From assembly GCA_964016885.1 (NCBI GenBank), contig OZ024751.1, positions 53,072,001 through 53,136,000 of the forward strand: DNA of 64,000 nucleotides. Direction: 5' to 3'. Under the pieces are notes generated by a model. It was not told where the DNA came from and made no database searches. It worked only from the letters and a program-made list of their open reading frames with translations. The first letter of the stretch is position 1. Every line of letters begins with the position of its first letter. Origin of the DNA: Eledone cirrhosa. Lineage: Eukaryota. Both the position numbers and the translations under genes were made by a program. Shown here one piece after another: positions 1 to 23,884 of this stretch.

Positions 1-21
1 TTCATGACCGAAAGGGGCCTG

Positions 22-57
<36 letters not shown>

Positions 58-141
58 ATAATAATAAATTTGAAGACTAAAATCCAAAGAGGGCTCGATA
101 AGGATAAATATATATCAAATATATAAGAACCGTAGAGCAAA

Positions 142-222
142 TATTTATTAAAATAACAAATTAGAGAGTTTAAGCAAAGAATCGCTGCTTAAACTCTTTA
201 ATCTGTTATTTTAATAAAAATA
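142..222. repeat. Imperfect inverted repeat (~34-bp arms, 9-nt loop)
   Basis: tatttattaaaataacaaattagagagtttaagca pairs with tgcttaaactctttaatctgttattttaataaaaata; the region lies between (TA)n tracts. Confidence 0.8.
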
Positions 223-366
223 TATATATCATCATCTTCGTTTAACGTCCATCTTCCACGCTAGCATGGGTTAGACGGGCATATATGTATCTATATATAC
301 ATATATATATATGGGTAGAGTCCCATACTGTGTCAATTCACCACCTTAACATCTTTGATAAATAAT

Positions 367-550
367 TGTTTCTACTTTAGGCACAAGGCCAGCAATTACC
401 CAGTGCATTACTGGTACTTTATTTTATCGACCCCGTAAGGATGAAAGGCAAAGTCAACCTCGGCGGGATTTGAACTCAGATCGTAAAGGGACGTAACTAT
501 GCTGGAAAGCATGGCGTCCGACCCTCTACCGATACTGCCAATCCACCGCC
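367..550 (-). mobile_element. tRNA-derived SINE, full length, with 17-bp target-site duplication (TSD)
   Basis: Minus strand has an A-box-like TGGCAGTATCGG, B-box GAGTTCAAATCC and the central CCTTTCATCC..GGGGTCGATAAA..AGTACCAG motif. TSD CATCTTTGATAAATAAT at 350-366 and 551-567. Confidence 0.9.
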
Positions 551-869
551 CATCTTTGATAAATAATAGAGATAAATGATAGTTTGAAGTGGAATCGGAG
601 TTGTTTCCCTTTGTTACAGGGATCGACTTTCAATAGAAAATATTAGCCACAAAATATAAAAATTTATTGAATGTTGTTTTGGTTTTTTTTTTTTAAATAA
701 ATTCTCAGTGTAAAAGGAATCTTGTTTGATTTAACATCTTAACAAAATTAAGGTGAGAGATTTATAAAAGAAAATGATATATTTTATTATAACAAGCTCT
801 TAATAACTTTGACACCAATATAATATTCCTGTATGATCAATTAATGTCCATTTCCTGACAATTTTTCAG

Positions 870-1053
870 AGGCTGCCGAAGCATTATGCATATCAGGATA
901 GCTAACAGGAATGAGCTTTATATTTTGGGAGAGTTCAGTGAGCCATTCCGGACTGTGCCTGATATGATCCATTACTACGGCTCAAATATATTACGGATCA
1001 AAGACGCAGATCATCTCCATTTACGGTATCCAGTTTCTGTGAATATGGCATGA
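870..1053 (+). CDS. Terminal coding exon of an SHB/SHD/SHE/SHF-family SH2 adaptor (C-terminal half of the SH2 domain)
   Basis: Acceptor atttttcag at 861-869 (phase 2). Translates GCRSIMHIRIANRNELYILGEFSEPFRTVPDMIHYYGSNILRIKDADHLHLRYPVSVNMA*, matching the SHB-family pattern MHMK...YVLG..S.PF..VPE.IHYY...L.IKGAEHL.L.YPV. Stop TGA at 1051-1053; possible AATAAA at 1582. Confidence 0.85.
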
Positions 1054-2223
1054 TGTGAAGTGACTATTAGTGAAGCCATGGCACAGTGAGGACAACTGCA
1101 ATTTCCATTGACAACGATAACACAATATTTGCTGTGCAAAGAGATGTGACGGAAAAAGGATAAGAAGAAGAGAATATATATTAAGAAAAAATATATGAAT
1201 GTAAAAAAGAAAAAAAATATGAACAAAAAACAAACAAAACAAAGAGTGTATTTGATGGCCGTGTTCGGTGTCTGACTCTTTCAAAATATATAATGGCTGT
1301 GCAATAAGCAATTGTAAAGTTCCAAGCTAAGAGGTGTTACTCTTGTGTTTAGAACTTGTGTGTTAACACAAATGCAATTTCTTCCTCCAAAACTGTACAT
1401 GTTTTTATGTGTGTGCAGACGAGTTTGTGTGTTGGGTTTCGCTACTAATGTTAACGTTTTCTTTAAAAAAAAAAATTACAAAAACAAAAAAAAAACAACC
1501 CCCAAAAAAATAATAAAAACAAAAACAAAAAACCTCCTCCTGCAAAAAAGTCTAATTTGAGGGTTCTTTAGAACTGGTATAAATAAATACGCAGGACCAA
1601 CACCAAACTCTTCAGCACCCATACATACATGCACACTGAATGGTCAAGAATACTTCACATAAAGGTTATCCGAGGCCCCTGCTATCTTCTCTTTCTCATA
1701 CCAACACATGCAGATGATCATGGCCAACCCATTGTTACTTACTACAAGACTTTATGCAATAAACGGAAAAGACTTAGGTTATACTTTTTTTTTTTACAAT
1801 TTTTTTTTTTTTGCAATTATTTCTTTATTCTTTTTCCTTTGAAAAAACAAAACAAAAAAAAACAGAATACTAAAAACCTATATAAACTTAATCTATTTCC
1901 ATTCATCTTTATTACATCTTTTTTTTTAAACCAAAATCTTAATTTAAACAAATTTTTTTTTTTTAAATTTCACACGTTAAGCACCACCTACAATATCTTT
2001 CCTGCAGTACTGTAAGTTACAATGCTCTGTGAGATTTGAAGATGCTGTAGTAACAATAGTCAGTTTATATTTTTCTAGCCTGACTGAAAGTATTTTACCG
2101 CTAATGTTTGCCTATCACTTCCAGTCAGTTATATACATATATATATATGTATATATAAGCACAGACACATACGCATATATATATATGTGTGTGTGTGTGT
2201 GTGTCTGTGTCTGTGAGTATATA

Positions 2224-2260
<37 letters not shown>

Positions 2261-2394
2261 ACTTCTCCACAGGAAATGTCTTCACTTTCCTGATTTAACC
2301 TGAATTTTACATTTTAAGGCAGATTTTGCCATATCATTTTTTAAAGTTAATGGGATACAATAGTTTCTTTCTCTCACCTCCCCCTTTATTATTA

Positions 2395-5705
<3,311 letters not shown>

Positions 5706-6055
5706 ATTTGTACTGCACCATATCTTATTCAGTTTCCAGTGAAAAGACCCTCTGTTGCCCGCTCTCTGTTGTTGTGTTGTCTTATATGCATCTTTCAGAT
5801 GGTTTGTTCTAAGCTGTCATTCAACTTGACCTCAGTATTATGAAATGCCACCCTTATGCATGAAATTACGTTGTCCAAGAGTGGTTGAAGAGAAAGGGGG
5901 ATGCTTTTGTTCATTCATCTTATGTGTTTCATTTTTAATGCGTCTGTATATATTTACATATATGTGTTTGTGTAGTATATATATATATATATATATATCC
6001 ACACATACATATATATGTACATGTCTGTTTGTGTTATATATATAGAGAAAGATAG

Positions 6056-6089
<34 letters not shown>

Positions 6090-6449
6090 ATATATATATA
6101 TATACATATACATATATGTACATATACATATATGTACATATAAATATATATATATCCCCCTCTAAGTGTCCAATTATATTCCTTGACTTTAGTTTGAATT
6201 CCTAATCAGTTCCTCCTCAGCTACTCTGTGCACTAAGACAGATTCTCTGTCTAAATGGTTACCATCTTTACTATCTAAAAGAAACACTAAATACTTCTAT
6301 TTTTATTATAGAAACAAAAGTGTTTAGGTTTTTTTTCAAATATCTTAGGTAAATTTACTTTCTTTTAACCAAATTGTTACTATATTTCTAATAGAATATA
6401 GTAAAAAATAATCAAGAATTTTGGGGGCTTAGTAATATAACTTTATTGT

Positions 6450-6605
6450 TATGAAGCTGGATTGACAGTTGTTAGAGCTTCAGGTAAATGCTTTGCAGTA
6501 TTTCTTCCAGCTCTTTACATTCTGAATTTAAATCCTGCCAAGGTCAACTTTGCCATTCATCCTTTCAAGGTCAATAAAATAATAGTACCAGTGAAGTACT
6601 GTGGG
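6450..6605 (+). mobile_element. Degenerate copy of the same tRNA-derived SINE
   Basis: ctgaatttaaatcctgccaaggtcaactttgccattcatcctttcaaggtcaataaaataatagtaccagt matches the family core. Confidence 0.75.
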
Positions 6606-9181
6606 GTTTATATATATATATATATATACACACATACATACATACAGAGTATGTTGAAGCAACTAGAATTATAATAGGTTTAGGTGTTTGGTATATAGTC
6701 AGAGAGAGAGAAAGGAGGAGGAGAAGAGTTTAAAACTATGAGAATGAGAATAAGTATTCTACGAAGTAACCACCAGTTTAAAATCTCTATTACAACACCG
6801 ACAAAGGGAGTTGGAGCAATTAATCAAAATATAAAGTTTTAAAATTATAAATTATAAAAAGAAAATAAACTGAAACAAACTTGTATTGATTTTATATATT
6901 GGTCTTCCTCTAGTAATTATATTAAAAAAACACACAAATCAGGTTTTACTGAGAAGATACCATTTTTATATAATGATAGAAGTTGACTTTAAAGAAACAG
7001 TTCAGAAAGAAAGATATTGTTTAATCAAATCCCAGCATATATATTACACATTTTGTTTATTTATTTTTTAATTTTACTTTTAATCTTTATTTTTTTTTAC
7101 TTTCTGTTTTATGCTTAAATCCCATGTATATTCTTCCACATGCGGAAATCTCTCTGATTTAAAAACAAAACAAAACACACACACAAAAAAAAACAAAACA
7201 AAACAAAACAAACTAAAAAAAAAAAGAATTATCTTAGCTGGAGAGTGCTAAGTCTGGCTGTTACAAGCTGTAGAGAGTTAACTCCTCTTGGGTTACTTCT
7301 GATGTATCCAGACAATGTTTAAACCATCATTGGCTGTCACTGGTGGATATGTCTGTAGCAGTCACCATGTGGTGGCTGGTGGTAAGAGAGAGAGAAAGAA
7401 AGAAAGAGAGGGATAGAAAGAGAAAGAATAATGAGCTAAATTCTCAGTTGTTACTACTGAATTGGCTTGGCAGTGGGGGAAAATTTTTTGAATGTTACTG
7501 ATAACGATGATATGATGATGATGATGATATGTATATTCAATGATGGCTAGAGAAAGCTAAAAACTTTGGCCGCCAATACTGATGATGATAATGATAATGA
7601 TGATGATGATGATTTGTTTGTAGTTTGGAAGAACTAAAAAAAATATCTTTGGCTGTTACTGAAGTATTTGGTGAGTGTAATTAAAAAAAAGAATTTAACA
7701 AATCATTGAGATTGAGTATTAACTGATGTGAATGTAGCTGTAGAGAGACAGAGAAATATAGTGAGAGTGATATACAAAGAAAAAGAGAGAGAGAAAGAAA
7801 GAAAGACAGCTATATTTTTGGGGCTCTTAATGATGTATCTGTAATTTGCTGGGGAGAATGAAGTTCCTGGTTGTTCTCTCTGTTTTTGCTTCCATATTTA
7901 GTTGGAAACATTTTTTGTATGACGATCAGGGATTGTATTATTGATTTTTTTTGTCTTTATTTTTCATTTTTCTTTTCTTTTTTCTGATTTTTTAATTATC
8001 ATTTAAAAAAATTTTTTTTTTCTGTCCCCTTCAAAAATTAAAGAAATATGGGAATATTTTTGTAGCTCATTCTTTAGTACAATCCTGAAAAGCTACTTGA
8101 AATGAGACAGTCCGACATAGGAAAGACATTTTTTGTAACTGTTTACTTGCTCCCCCATCCCTCCCCCTTTCCTTTCCTTTCTTTCTTCCTCAAGATTCCA
8201 CACTTTGAAAAAAGAAAAAAAACAAAACAATTTCTTCAAGTAGTGCCTTGTAACTGACTTCTCTGGATTTCACTGTCCTTGATGGTGCCTCATGTCATTA
8301 ACAGTGACACTAACTAAAGGGGTCCTAAAATAATTTGTCTTTCTTGCCCAACTTTTGCTGGGGGGAGGGGGAGGGTTTTATCCAGCTAAATTAATAGTGC
8401 AACTATTCCAATCAAATGTCATTCAAAAGGACTTAGAAATTATTATAATAATAATAATAATAATTATTATTATTATTATTATTATTATTACATATATATT
8501 ATTTTTTTCATTTGCAATCCTAAATATTATGGAGTCATTATTTTTCTCAAGGGAATGTTTTAGATTTTTTTTTTGTTTTTATTTTAATTTTTTGTCTATT
8601 ATTATTATTATTTTATTTTTTTTAGAAATAAGTCATTTGTAAAAAGATAAAACCAAACAAAACAAAACAAATTATAGGAGTAAAGAGGAATCTACAGTTG
8701 TGAGACTGGCTGTGTGAGTAACAAAGGTTTTTGAAAGTTTCTTGTATAGTAAAAAGTTACTGTTCTGTGATGAGCTGCTGTCAAAATCACTGGAATATGG
8801 TTCTTCTGATATTCTACTTGGTTAAAACCAAGGTAATTCTTGCATAGACAAGCTTCATTTTTAATAATCCATTCTTTAGTCAGAAGTTAAGAAATATAAT
8901 GAAACAGGATGTAATTATTCAGGATTAAAAACCTATAAATTTAATCAAAAATAAACTATTCTGAAATATCATAGGGACATGATATTATTATAGTTCATTA
9001 TAACTAATTGGAGTTAATTAGTGGAAATAATAGAAATTTAATTAGTAGAAAATAATCAGTGGATTAATAGCATAATTAATTGATTTACAATATTGTAGTA
9101 CTAAAATATAAACCTTAAAATATTCTTAAAATCACACATATATTTACTGTGCAAATATATATGCATGTATATGTGTGTATA

Positions 9182-9328
9182 TAAGATTGTTTACATTTAG
9201 CATTCGTCGTTGTAGAAATTATAATAGATATACATACACACATACGTATATAAGTATGTGTATCAGTATATATATATAATAATTTCTAAAACGACAAATG
9301 CTAAATGTAAAGTATGTAAGCAATCTTA
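9182..9328. repeat. Imperfect inverted repeat around a TA-rich spacer
   Basis: ttacatttagcattcgtcgttgtagaaattat pairs with ataatttctaaaacgacaaatgctaaatgtaa; outer aagattg/caatctt. Confidence 0.75.
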
Positions 9329-9796
9329 AGGGAAAGCCAGGCTATAAAATTTATTATTAATTTATTATTAACTAGCTAATGAGGCACAAACATCTAATGA
9401 TAAATTTTTCGACTTTACCAGATTTTAGGGGATATTTTTTATCATTAATGGACTGAAATTGTAGTTGTTATAAAATTAATTAATTTTAAAATTTTAACGA
9501 AATCGTTTTTCATCAACCTTTGCTAATTATGATGCCATAATTAGCAAAGGGCTTGACAGAAGTAATTTTTATCAATTATTTTTGTTTTGTCATTCTTGGT
9601 TTCAATAATTCAATTAAACATTTTTATTTCCCTTTATTTCTTCTTATTTTCTTTTATTTATTAATTTTTGTTGTTTTTTAAATTATATTTTGGAATTTTG
9701 TCCTGGTGCCAAGCCAAAGTTGATTCCGAGACTAGTTTTGTTTTTATGAGAAAAAATATTTCTTCTTAGTTATTATATAGTTTTTTAAAACAATTT

Positions 9797-17230
<7,434 letters not shown>

Positions 17231-17867
17231 ATTTTTTATTTTTGTGTGGTACTCTAATCTGCATAATGATGACGATGACAATTATGACCATGAAAATGAT
17301 AATAATTAATAATAATGATGATACTACTACTACTACTTCTATTACCACAACTACTATAACTCCTACTACAACAACAACAATTACTACTACTACTACTAGA
17401 ACATCAGAAAGCTGCCAATGGAACTCTTTAGCAGATCTCACCTACATTGCCATATATTTTCACATCAAGACTCCAGAAAAATCCACTGACTTGTCTGTGG
17501 CTGCCTTGCTACAGATATTGAACAATGTATTTCATACGTGTGTGTCAATGTGAGGATCAGTAGATGTTTGTATTTAGTGAAGATTCTCAACACAATTCTA
17601 TGATGTTGGAAGGATCCTATTCACTACTGTTCATTGAAGTACATTTCCAATAAAATCAAACTTAATTTCATGTGTTAGCAGTTGTCTTTTATTTGTCTTC
17701 TTCTTCTTCTGTCTGTCTGTCTCTCAACCTCTCTCTTTCTCTCTCTCCCTATATATCTATGCATCTTGCTCTCTGTATCTATCCATATTCTTTCTCTCTT
17801 TCTGTATCTATCTATCTGTCTATATGTCTGCTCTCTCTCTCTCTCTATCTATCTATCTACCTATCCA

Positions 17868-17904
<37 letters not shown>

Positions 17905-19219
17905 GACAGAAAATGAACATTTCTTGAGTTTGTATTTAAATTTCTGAATTTTTTAAAATGTTTCCTCAACTCAATGACCAAGTTAAAGGACCATCTGCAG
18001 CCAATCTGAAATGCTCCGATGCTACACTGGTGTGGACATAAACCACAGTGAATATTCTACAGAACATAAGCCACTCAATGAAAACTTTACATATACAGCT
18101 TCTGACGTATGTCTCTAGATAAACCTTCTCACACTGGTAAACCAATGGGTGTGCCTGTGATCTTACAGCTATGCTGGTGAACCTATGGCTACACCATTTA
18201 AACTATATGCATACTGGTGAGCCTACAAATGCACCAGTGAATCTACCTCTCCTTCCACTTTATTAAGCTCTCTACAGTTACAATGGCTCAATGAACACTG
18301 TACTTACAGATTGGGGATGTAAGTAATTTAACATGTCCCCTCTTTTCATTCAAGATGGTGATGTGAGGAGGAAGTAGATCATTTACTGAGTCCCCATTTG
18401 ATGAGCCCTCTACATTTAATCAAATGGTGTGTGCGTGGAGCACTAATACATTTAATGAGCCTGGTGGATGTTGGCTACACTGAAGGATCTAAGCTACTCA
18501 ATCATCTATCGCCTACCACACCGAGGGATGTCACACATGAGATAACCTTCTACAGCCATGTTTGAGAACACAAACGACTTAAATGTACCCTCTAGAGCCA
18601 TCTCAGATGACATAGACCACTCTAATTTTTTATCATGCCAGCATTGGGATACTTCATCTAATGTGTCTTTGTTTTTAAAAATGCTAGTGTGAGACCTAAA
18701 GAGAGTCTGGTACTTATTTCTAGTGGTTCGAAGAAGCCAAAATTGTTTTCCTTGTTTGACCCATGGTGAATGTATCCAGGATGTATAAAGATTTTGCATT
18801 TCTTAACTGCGAAATAAGAGTGAATATTTGAAACTTTTTACTCGATGCTTTTAAAGACATTTTTGTTAACCCTTTCATTATCGTAATTCTAATGAAATAT
18901 TTTATTTTAATAAATTAATGAAGAACTTGGGAAAGATTTACTAAAATATTATTTCATTAAAACTTTATTTGTATCATAACAAAATGTTCTTGTATAAAAT
19001 TGTTTTAATTTAAGTAGCAACTCTATATAACGTGGGGCGAGTTGTTATCACAAATATTTTATATATATATATATAACCAAAGATTAATATGGTTCGTTGA
19101 TTACTCAATGAATACAATTTTACAATAGATTAAAAGCACTCAACAGAGGTTTTCCTGGAGTTTTTAATATTATTCAAAATATTAACAAATGAAAGATATT
19201 CACATAATCAAAATATATG

Positions 19220-19282
19220 CTTTATTATATATATTTCAAAGGTACTGTGTTGTTTTTTTCAGTACGTCTTCATCAGATAAAA
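19220..19282 (-). ncRNA. Minimal type I hammerhead ribozyme
   Basis: Minus strand: TTTTAT-CTGATGA-AGACGTACTG-(loop)-CAGTACCTTT-GAAA-TATATATA-ATAAAG. Stem I TTTTAT/ATAAAG, palindromic mini stem III, AUA cleavage triplet. Confidence 0.7.
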
Positions 19283-19440
19283 TATATGTCATATATATAT
19301 GACATACCGCTACGGTAATACTGCCAATACTGTAATTGTATAATCAAGACCGTAGCGGTATGTTATATATCAAATCATATATTTTATCTGGTGAAGATGT
19401 ACTGAAAAAAACAACACAATACCTTTGAAATATATATAAT

Positions 19441-19613
19441 TGTTTCCACTATTGGCACAAGGCCAGAAATTACCCAGTACATTACTGGTACTTTATTTTA
19501 TCGACCCCGTAAGGATGAAAGGCAAAGTTAACCTCGGCGGGATTTGAACTCAGAATGGCAAGGGCCGTAACTCTATGCGTTAAACCATGGCGTCCGACTC
19601 TCTACCGATACTG
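19441..19613 (-). mobile_element. tRNA-derived SINE, slightly 5'-truncated, with 9-bp TSD
   Basis: Same family as 367-550; TSD ATATATAAT at 19432-19440 and 19614-19622. Confidence 0.88.
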
Positions 19614-19874
19614 ATATATAATAAAGCATATATTTTGATTATGTGAATATCTTTCATAAAGGGAAATAACTCTAATATTGACTCGCTATTTGCATTATAG
19701 GTCTCTTGAAATTACAAACACAAATGTCATAGCAGTCAAAATTCAACACATACACACATATGTCTCTATAGCTTAATTACATAAATATTTCACATGAAAA
19801 TATAGAATCAAAATGAAAGAAAATATCATGTGTATCAATTAGTCACACACCACAAGGAGTGTTAGAGATTCCTT

Positions 19875-20800
19875 CTACTTTTTGAGGCAAACTAACACAC
19901 TGGCAGCATTATCGCGGGCTGTAGCGTGGCTAAAGTGCTGGAACAACCGAACACACTCACGGACACCCTCTGATAGCTCGGTAAGGCAAGTTACCAACGA
20001 TGACAAGAACCTCGTTGTCAGCGGCACAGCTCCCCCAAATATATCGAGCACCATAGGCTGGAAAAAAAAAGTTTGTCAATAAATCGCGGTATTTAAAAAT
20101 TTTATTCCGTTCGACTACTGAAGCAGTAACCCACACATTTACCGAAGCGTCCAAGATGTGGGAAGGGGCGAAAGAGTCACTGACTGTAGTGTCCCATATG
20201 AGACATCTATCTCTTACCCAGAGACAAAGAGTAAGACCATCTGGTCTCTTCCCATCAACTCTGGACAATCCAGCCCACTCCAGCATTGAGCAGATATTTA
20301 CCTTAATAATTAAGTTTTGCTCGTTGTGGCTAGCGAAACGACCAGCATTCAGCCGGCACTACAAACCATGGAGATTTGTAGAGTCTACCACAGTGACACA
20401 TAGGCATTGGCTCCCTCTGAGTGCAATACAGATGCAGATTTAAATGGCAAATGTAGTGACCGACAATAACAGCACAAGCCAACCACGAAAGGTTGTCTTG
20501 TTCCTCTGTTCGTCCGTAACTTTCAGGTGGATGTTGCTTTACAGTCCTAGCAGACAGAATTGAGAAAACAATACCCCGGAGAATAGAGAAGGCGATACGT
20601 TGAAAACGTCATTCCAACTCGCCCAAATGTGAAATATAGATGCACTCAATTGCCTTTTCACGCTCTCAGCGGGGTCTAAGGCACATAGTCCTGTATGGTC
20701 CCATCGTGTGACATGTTCCTTTATTAGCCTCGTACGGAATCCGTGTGAAACATTAAGGACACATAGGCCATAAACTGTGCAACTGATTACATTACCATTC
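19875..20800 (-). mobile_element. Decayed 3' part of a CRE-like non-LTR retrotransposon (zinc knuckle + restriction-like endonuclease, RLE)
   Basis: Minus strand reads IALR..CLC..VVDSTNLHGL*CRLNAGRFASHNEQN (CCHC knuckle), then DGKRPDGLTL..W..LIWDTTVSD..ERNKIFKY, then after a frameshift FQP...LFQHFSHATARDNAASVL..*. Internal stop and frameshift present; 5' limit approximate. Confidence 0.8.
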
Positions 20801-21957
20801 AAGTAAGTCAGTGAGATTTTAACTCAGAAGGCAAAGAGCCGGAAACCATATCGTTCATTAGTTCTAACACCTCTGCTTATCTACCGCTCTGAACTGGTAT
20901 TTTATAGACCCTGAAAGTATTAAGTTGAGCTCAGCTACTGGGCCGGATTAACATATTTCGGTCATCCTCTGGTACTACAATCTTTCATAACACTACTAAT
21001 AGCAAGAAAAAAAAATATCACGGGTCTCTAGTCTTCAGCCATTGTCATCCTTCGAATAATACGGTTCTGCTCAGAGACCCGGAACAAATATCACAAAATA
21101 ATTTATCCTACGTTTCACTGCCATATGGATATATTTATGTGTTTATAAAATAAAGTACCAGTAATACACTGAAATAATTGCTGGCCTTGTGCCAAAAGTA
21201 GAAACAGTTATTTGTATAAGAGTGTTTAGATATCCTATAAATCTATGTACGTGTGGGATTCATCTATGCATTTGTATGTAAGTGTGTGTGAAAGAATCTG
21301 AGTATGTTTAAGTGGATGTGTATCTATGTGTGTTTGTATAGTGTGAGTGTATGTGTGTATGTTTGCCTGCCAATTATGTACGTGTGTATCTATGTTTGCC
21401 TGTATGTTATGTGTGTGTATGAAACCGTCCGATTTATCGTATATCTGCCCACGCGTTATTTTCTTGCCAGATATCTTAGTGGCTAAATCTAGGAATAACA
21501 TTCTGACCACCACCATCGTCACCACCACCACCATCACCGCCGTCATTATCATCGTTATCAACGGAATAGCCTGCGCATGAAATTAACGTGTAAGTGACTG
21601 AACATCCCACAGGCACGTATACCCTTTACATAATTCTCGGGGAGATTCAGCATGACACAGTGTGTGACAAGGCTGGTTCTTTCTTTGAATTAGATACAAT
21701 TCATCCAGCGGGCTTCCAAATAGTTTCCGTCTACCCGATTTCATTCATAAGGTATGTGTCGACCTGAGGTTTTGGTAAATGACAGCGTGATCGAGCCCGA
21801 GACCTAATGATTAGGGAATGAACTAATGTTGCGGCCACACATAATAATGATTGCGACAACAGCAGTAGACGAATTAACAACAGCCACAACAATCACTATA
21901 AACAACACTATACGACAGTAGCAGGATGGAGGAGGGGGAGGGGAGGAGACATGGCTC

Positions 21958-21965
21958 TGACGTCA
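21958..21965. promoter_or_regulatory. Perfect cAMP-response element palindrome TGACGTCA
   Basis: Exact 8-mer in unique sequence just before the GA-rich/CT-rich blocks; function not shown. Confidence 0.35.
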
Positions 21966-22089
21966 TACGGTACACATTCGTCCTTCTTTCTCTCACTCTC
22001 TCTTCATATCAATATGTATTTATTTGTAGTTTCTATGACAACGAAATGGTGTCCGAGTAGTTGTATCCATCAGTGTGTGTATCTGAATG

Positions 22090-23520
22090 AGAGAGAAATG
22101 GGAGAGGGACGAAGAAAAGGTTATCAGAAGGGAGCGGAAGAAAGAGAGGGGGAGAAAAAGAGAATCGTTGTGGGTGGAAAGTAGAAAATGAGAGAAGACA
22201 AATTAAAACGAAAAAAGAACGGAATGGATATGGACGGGATGCTGGGAGAGACAGAATTGTACGAGATCGAGTGAGATGAGAGACGTATACGTGGGCGTTT
22301 AGATAGAGAAAGAGATAGATAGATAGAGACAGAGAGAGAGAAACGTAGTGAGTGGTAAGTTGAGGGGAATAGAAACGAAAAAGAACGAAGATGTGTAGGG
22401 TGGAGAGAGTGGGGGGACAGTAAAAGTGGTGAAGAGAGAGAGAGGTGCATTGGGATGTGAAGAGAGGGGTGAAAGAGAAGGAGGAAGATATAGAGAAGTG
22501 TGTAGAGGAGGAGGAAGGGGAGAGAACTGATGAAGCAAAAAAAACGTGATGGGCTGGTGATAGCGAAATCAATGGAGAGCGAAATGGGGAGAGATGGAGG
22601 AAGGAACATATGGAGATGCCTCAATAGATAGAGGGAGAGATATGTTTCTTTATTAGCCACAGGGGCACAAAAGAAGGGGACAAATACAAAGGGGGGATAG
22701 ATAGATAGATATACCTATACATAGTTGGACAGGCAAATAAATAGATTTATTTATTTAAGACGCAGGGCTAGGTAGATAATATGTAGAAGTCAGATAGATA
22801 GAGAGAGAAAGAGTATGTAGGTAGAAGATAACTGATTGTTAAGAATCAATAGTAACAAGCACCAGGTTTGTCAAAGACATACGGTTAGTGCTGTTTGGTA
22901 GACTTGACTGCTACAATTTATGTTCTCTCTCTACAACAACACACTGGAGTACTACAACCACCCCCCTCCCTTCACTCTCTCTCTCTCTCTATATATATAT
23001 ATCCTCCCACTACCCCCACTTTCTTAGGTAAAAGAGTAAAAGGATATATATCTTACACACACTCTCTCTCTCCCTGTATATATTTGTCTCTTATCTCTAT
23101 ACACAACTCGGCCCCTCCCCCACCCTCTCCGTGCCCAATCCATTTATCTCATTCACTGTCTTCTGACCTCTCTTTCTCTATCTCTACATACAACTGTTGT
23201 ATCATTCTCTCTCTCTCTCTCTGTCTGTTCATCACTCCCGCTATCTCTCTTCCCCTTCTCTCTCTGTCCATCACTACTCCTATTTCTCCTCCCTCTTTCT
23301 CTGTCCATTATTACCCCCTATCTCTCCCCGTCTCTCTTTCTCTCTCTCTCTCTCTTTCTGTCCATCACTGCCCCTATCTCTCATCCATCTTTCTCTCTGT
23401 TCCCTCTGCCCTGTCTCTCTATCTCTACATACAACCCTAGTATTACTATCTCACTCGCTGTACCTCTCCCTCCTCCTCATCTGCTCATGTCTCCCCTCCT
23501 CTCTCTTACTTACTCATCCA
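22090..23520. repeat. Purine-rich (GA) block followed by pyrimidine-rich (CT) block
   Basis: GA-rich ~22090-22830 and CT-rich ~22920-23520. Confidence 0.8.
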
Positions 23521-23619
23521 TCCACCCACCGCCACCAGTCTCACATTCACAACACATACATATGTCATTACTACCAAGATAAGGAAGCGTTATAAACACT
23601 GGTTATCGTCTATCGGTGG

Positions 23620-23674
23620 TTTATAAAAGACCACCACACCACCACTAACCCTACTAGGAGTGCCATTTAAAGGG
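23620..23674 (+). other. Candidate non-coding first exon of the PHM gene
   Basis: TATAAA at 23591 and 23622, strong donor GG|GTGAGT at 23675, no ATG in the segment. The ATG-containing PHM exon starts with an acceptor, so an upstream exon is expected. Confidence 0.3.
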
Positions 23675-23884
23675 GTGAGTACATATTTTATTATCTATCG
23701 AAGAAAACATTATTTATCGAGTATATCCGTATGTTACTTGCTGCTATTGTTGTTTGATGCTGTCCTTGTTCTTGCCGCCGTTGTTGTTGCTGTTCTTGTC
23801 GTTGCTTAGCCCCAGGTCAGATTTGATCCACAGACATACCTAAGATCAAATACACTCCAGATATAACAATAAGTCTTTGTTATT

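Larger units (their letters stand above)
19190..19657. mobile_element. Foldback (PLE-like) element with ~135-bp inverted arms, each carrying a hammerhead motif; right arm split by a SINE
   Basis: Left arm ~19190-19326 is the reverse complement of ~19349-19440 plus 19614-19657. Confidence 0.75.

Noticed and set aside
142-222. Possible miRNA hairpin
   Set aside because: Very AT-rich, one G-U versus one A-C so no strand bias, and a TA-flanked context suggesting transposon foldback debris.
18506-18799. 97-aa minus-strand ORF
   Set aside because: No recognisable motif, and a length expected by chance.
22033-23595. Ser/Leu-rich ORFs
   Set aside because: Translations of CT/GA low-complexity DNA.
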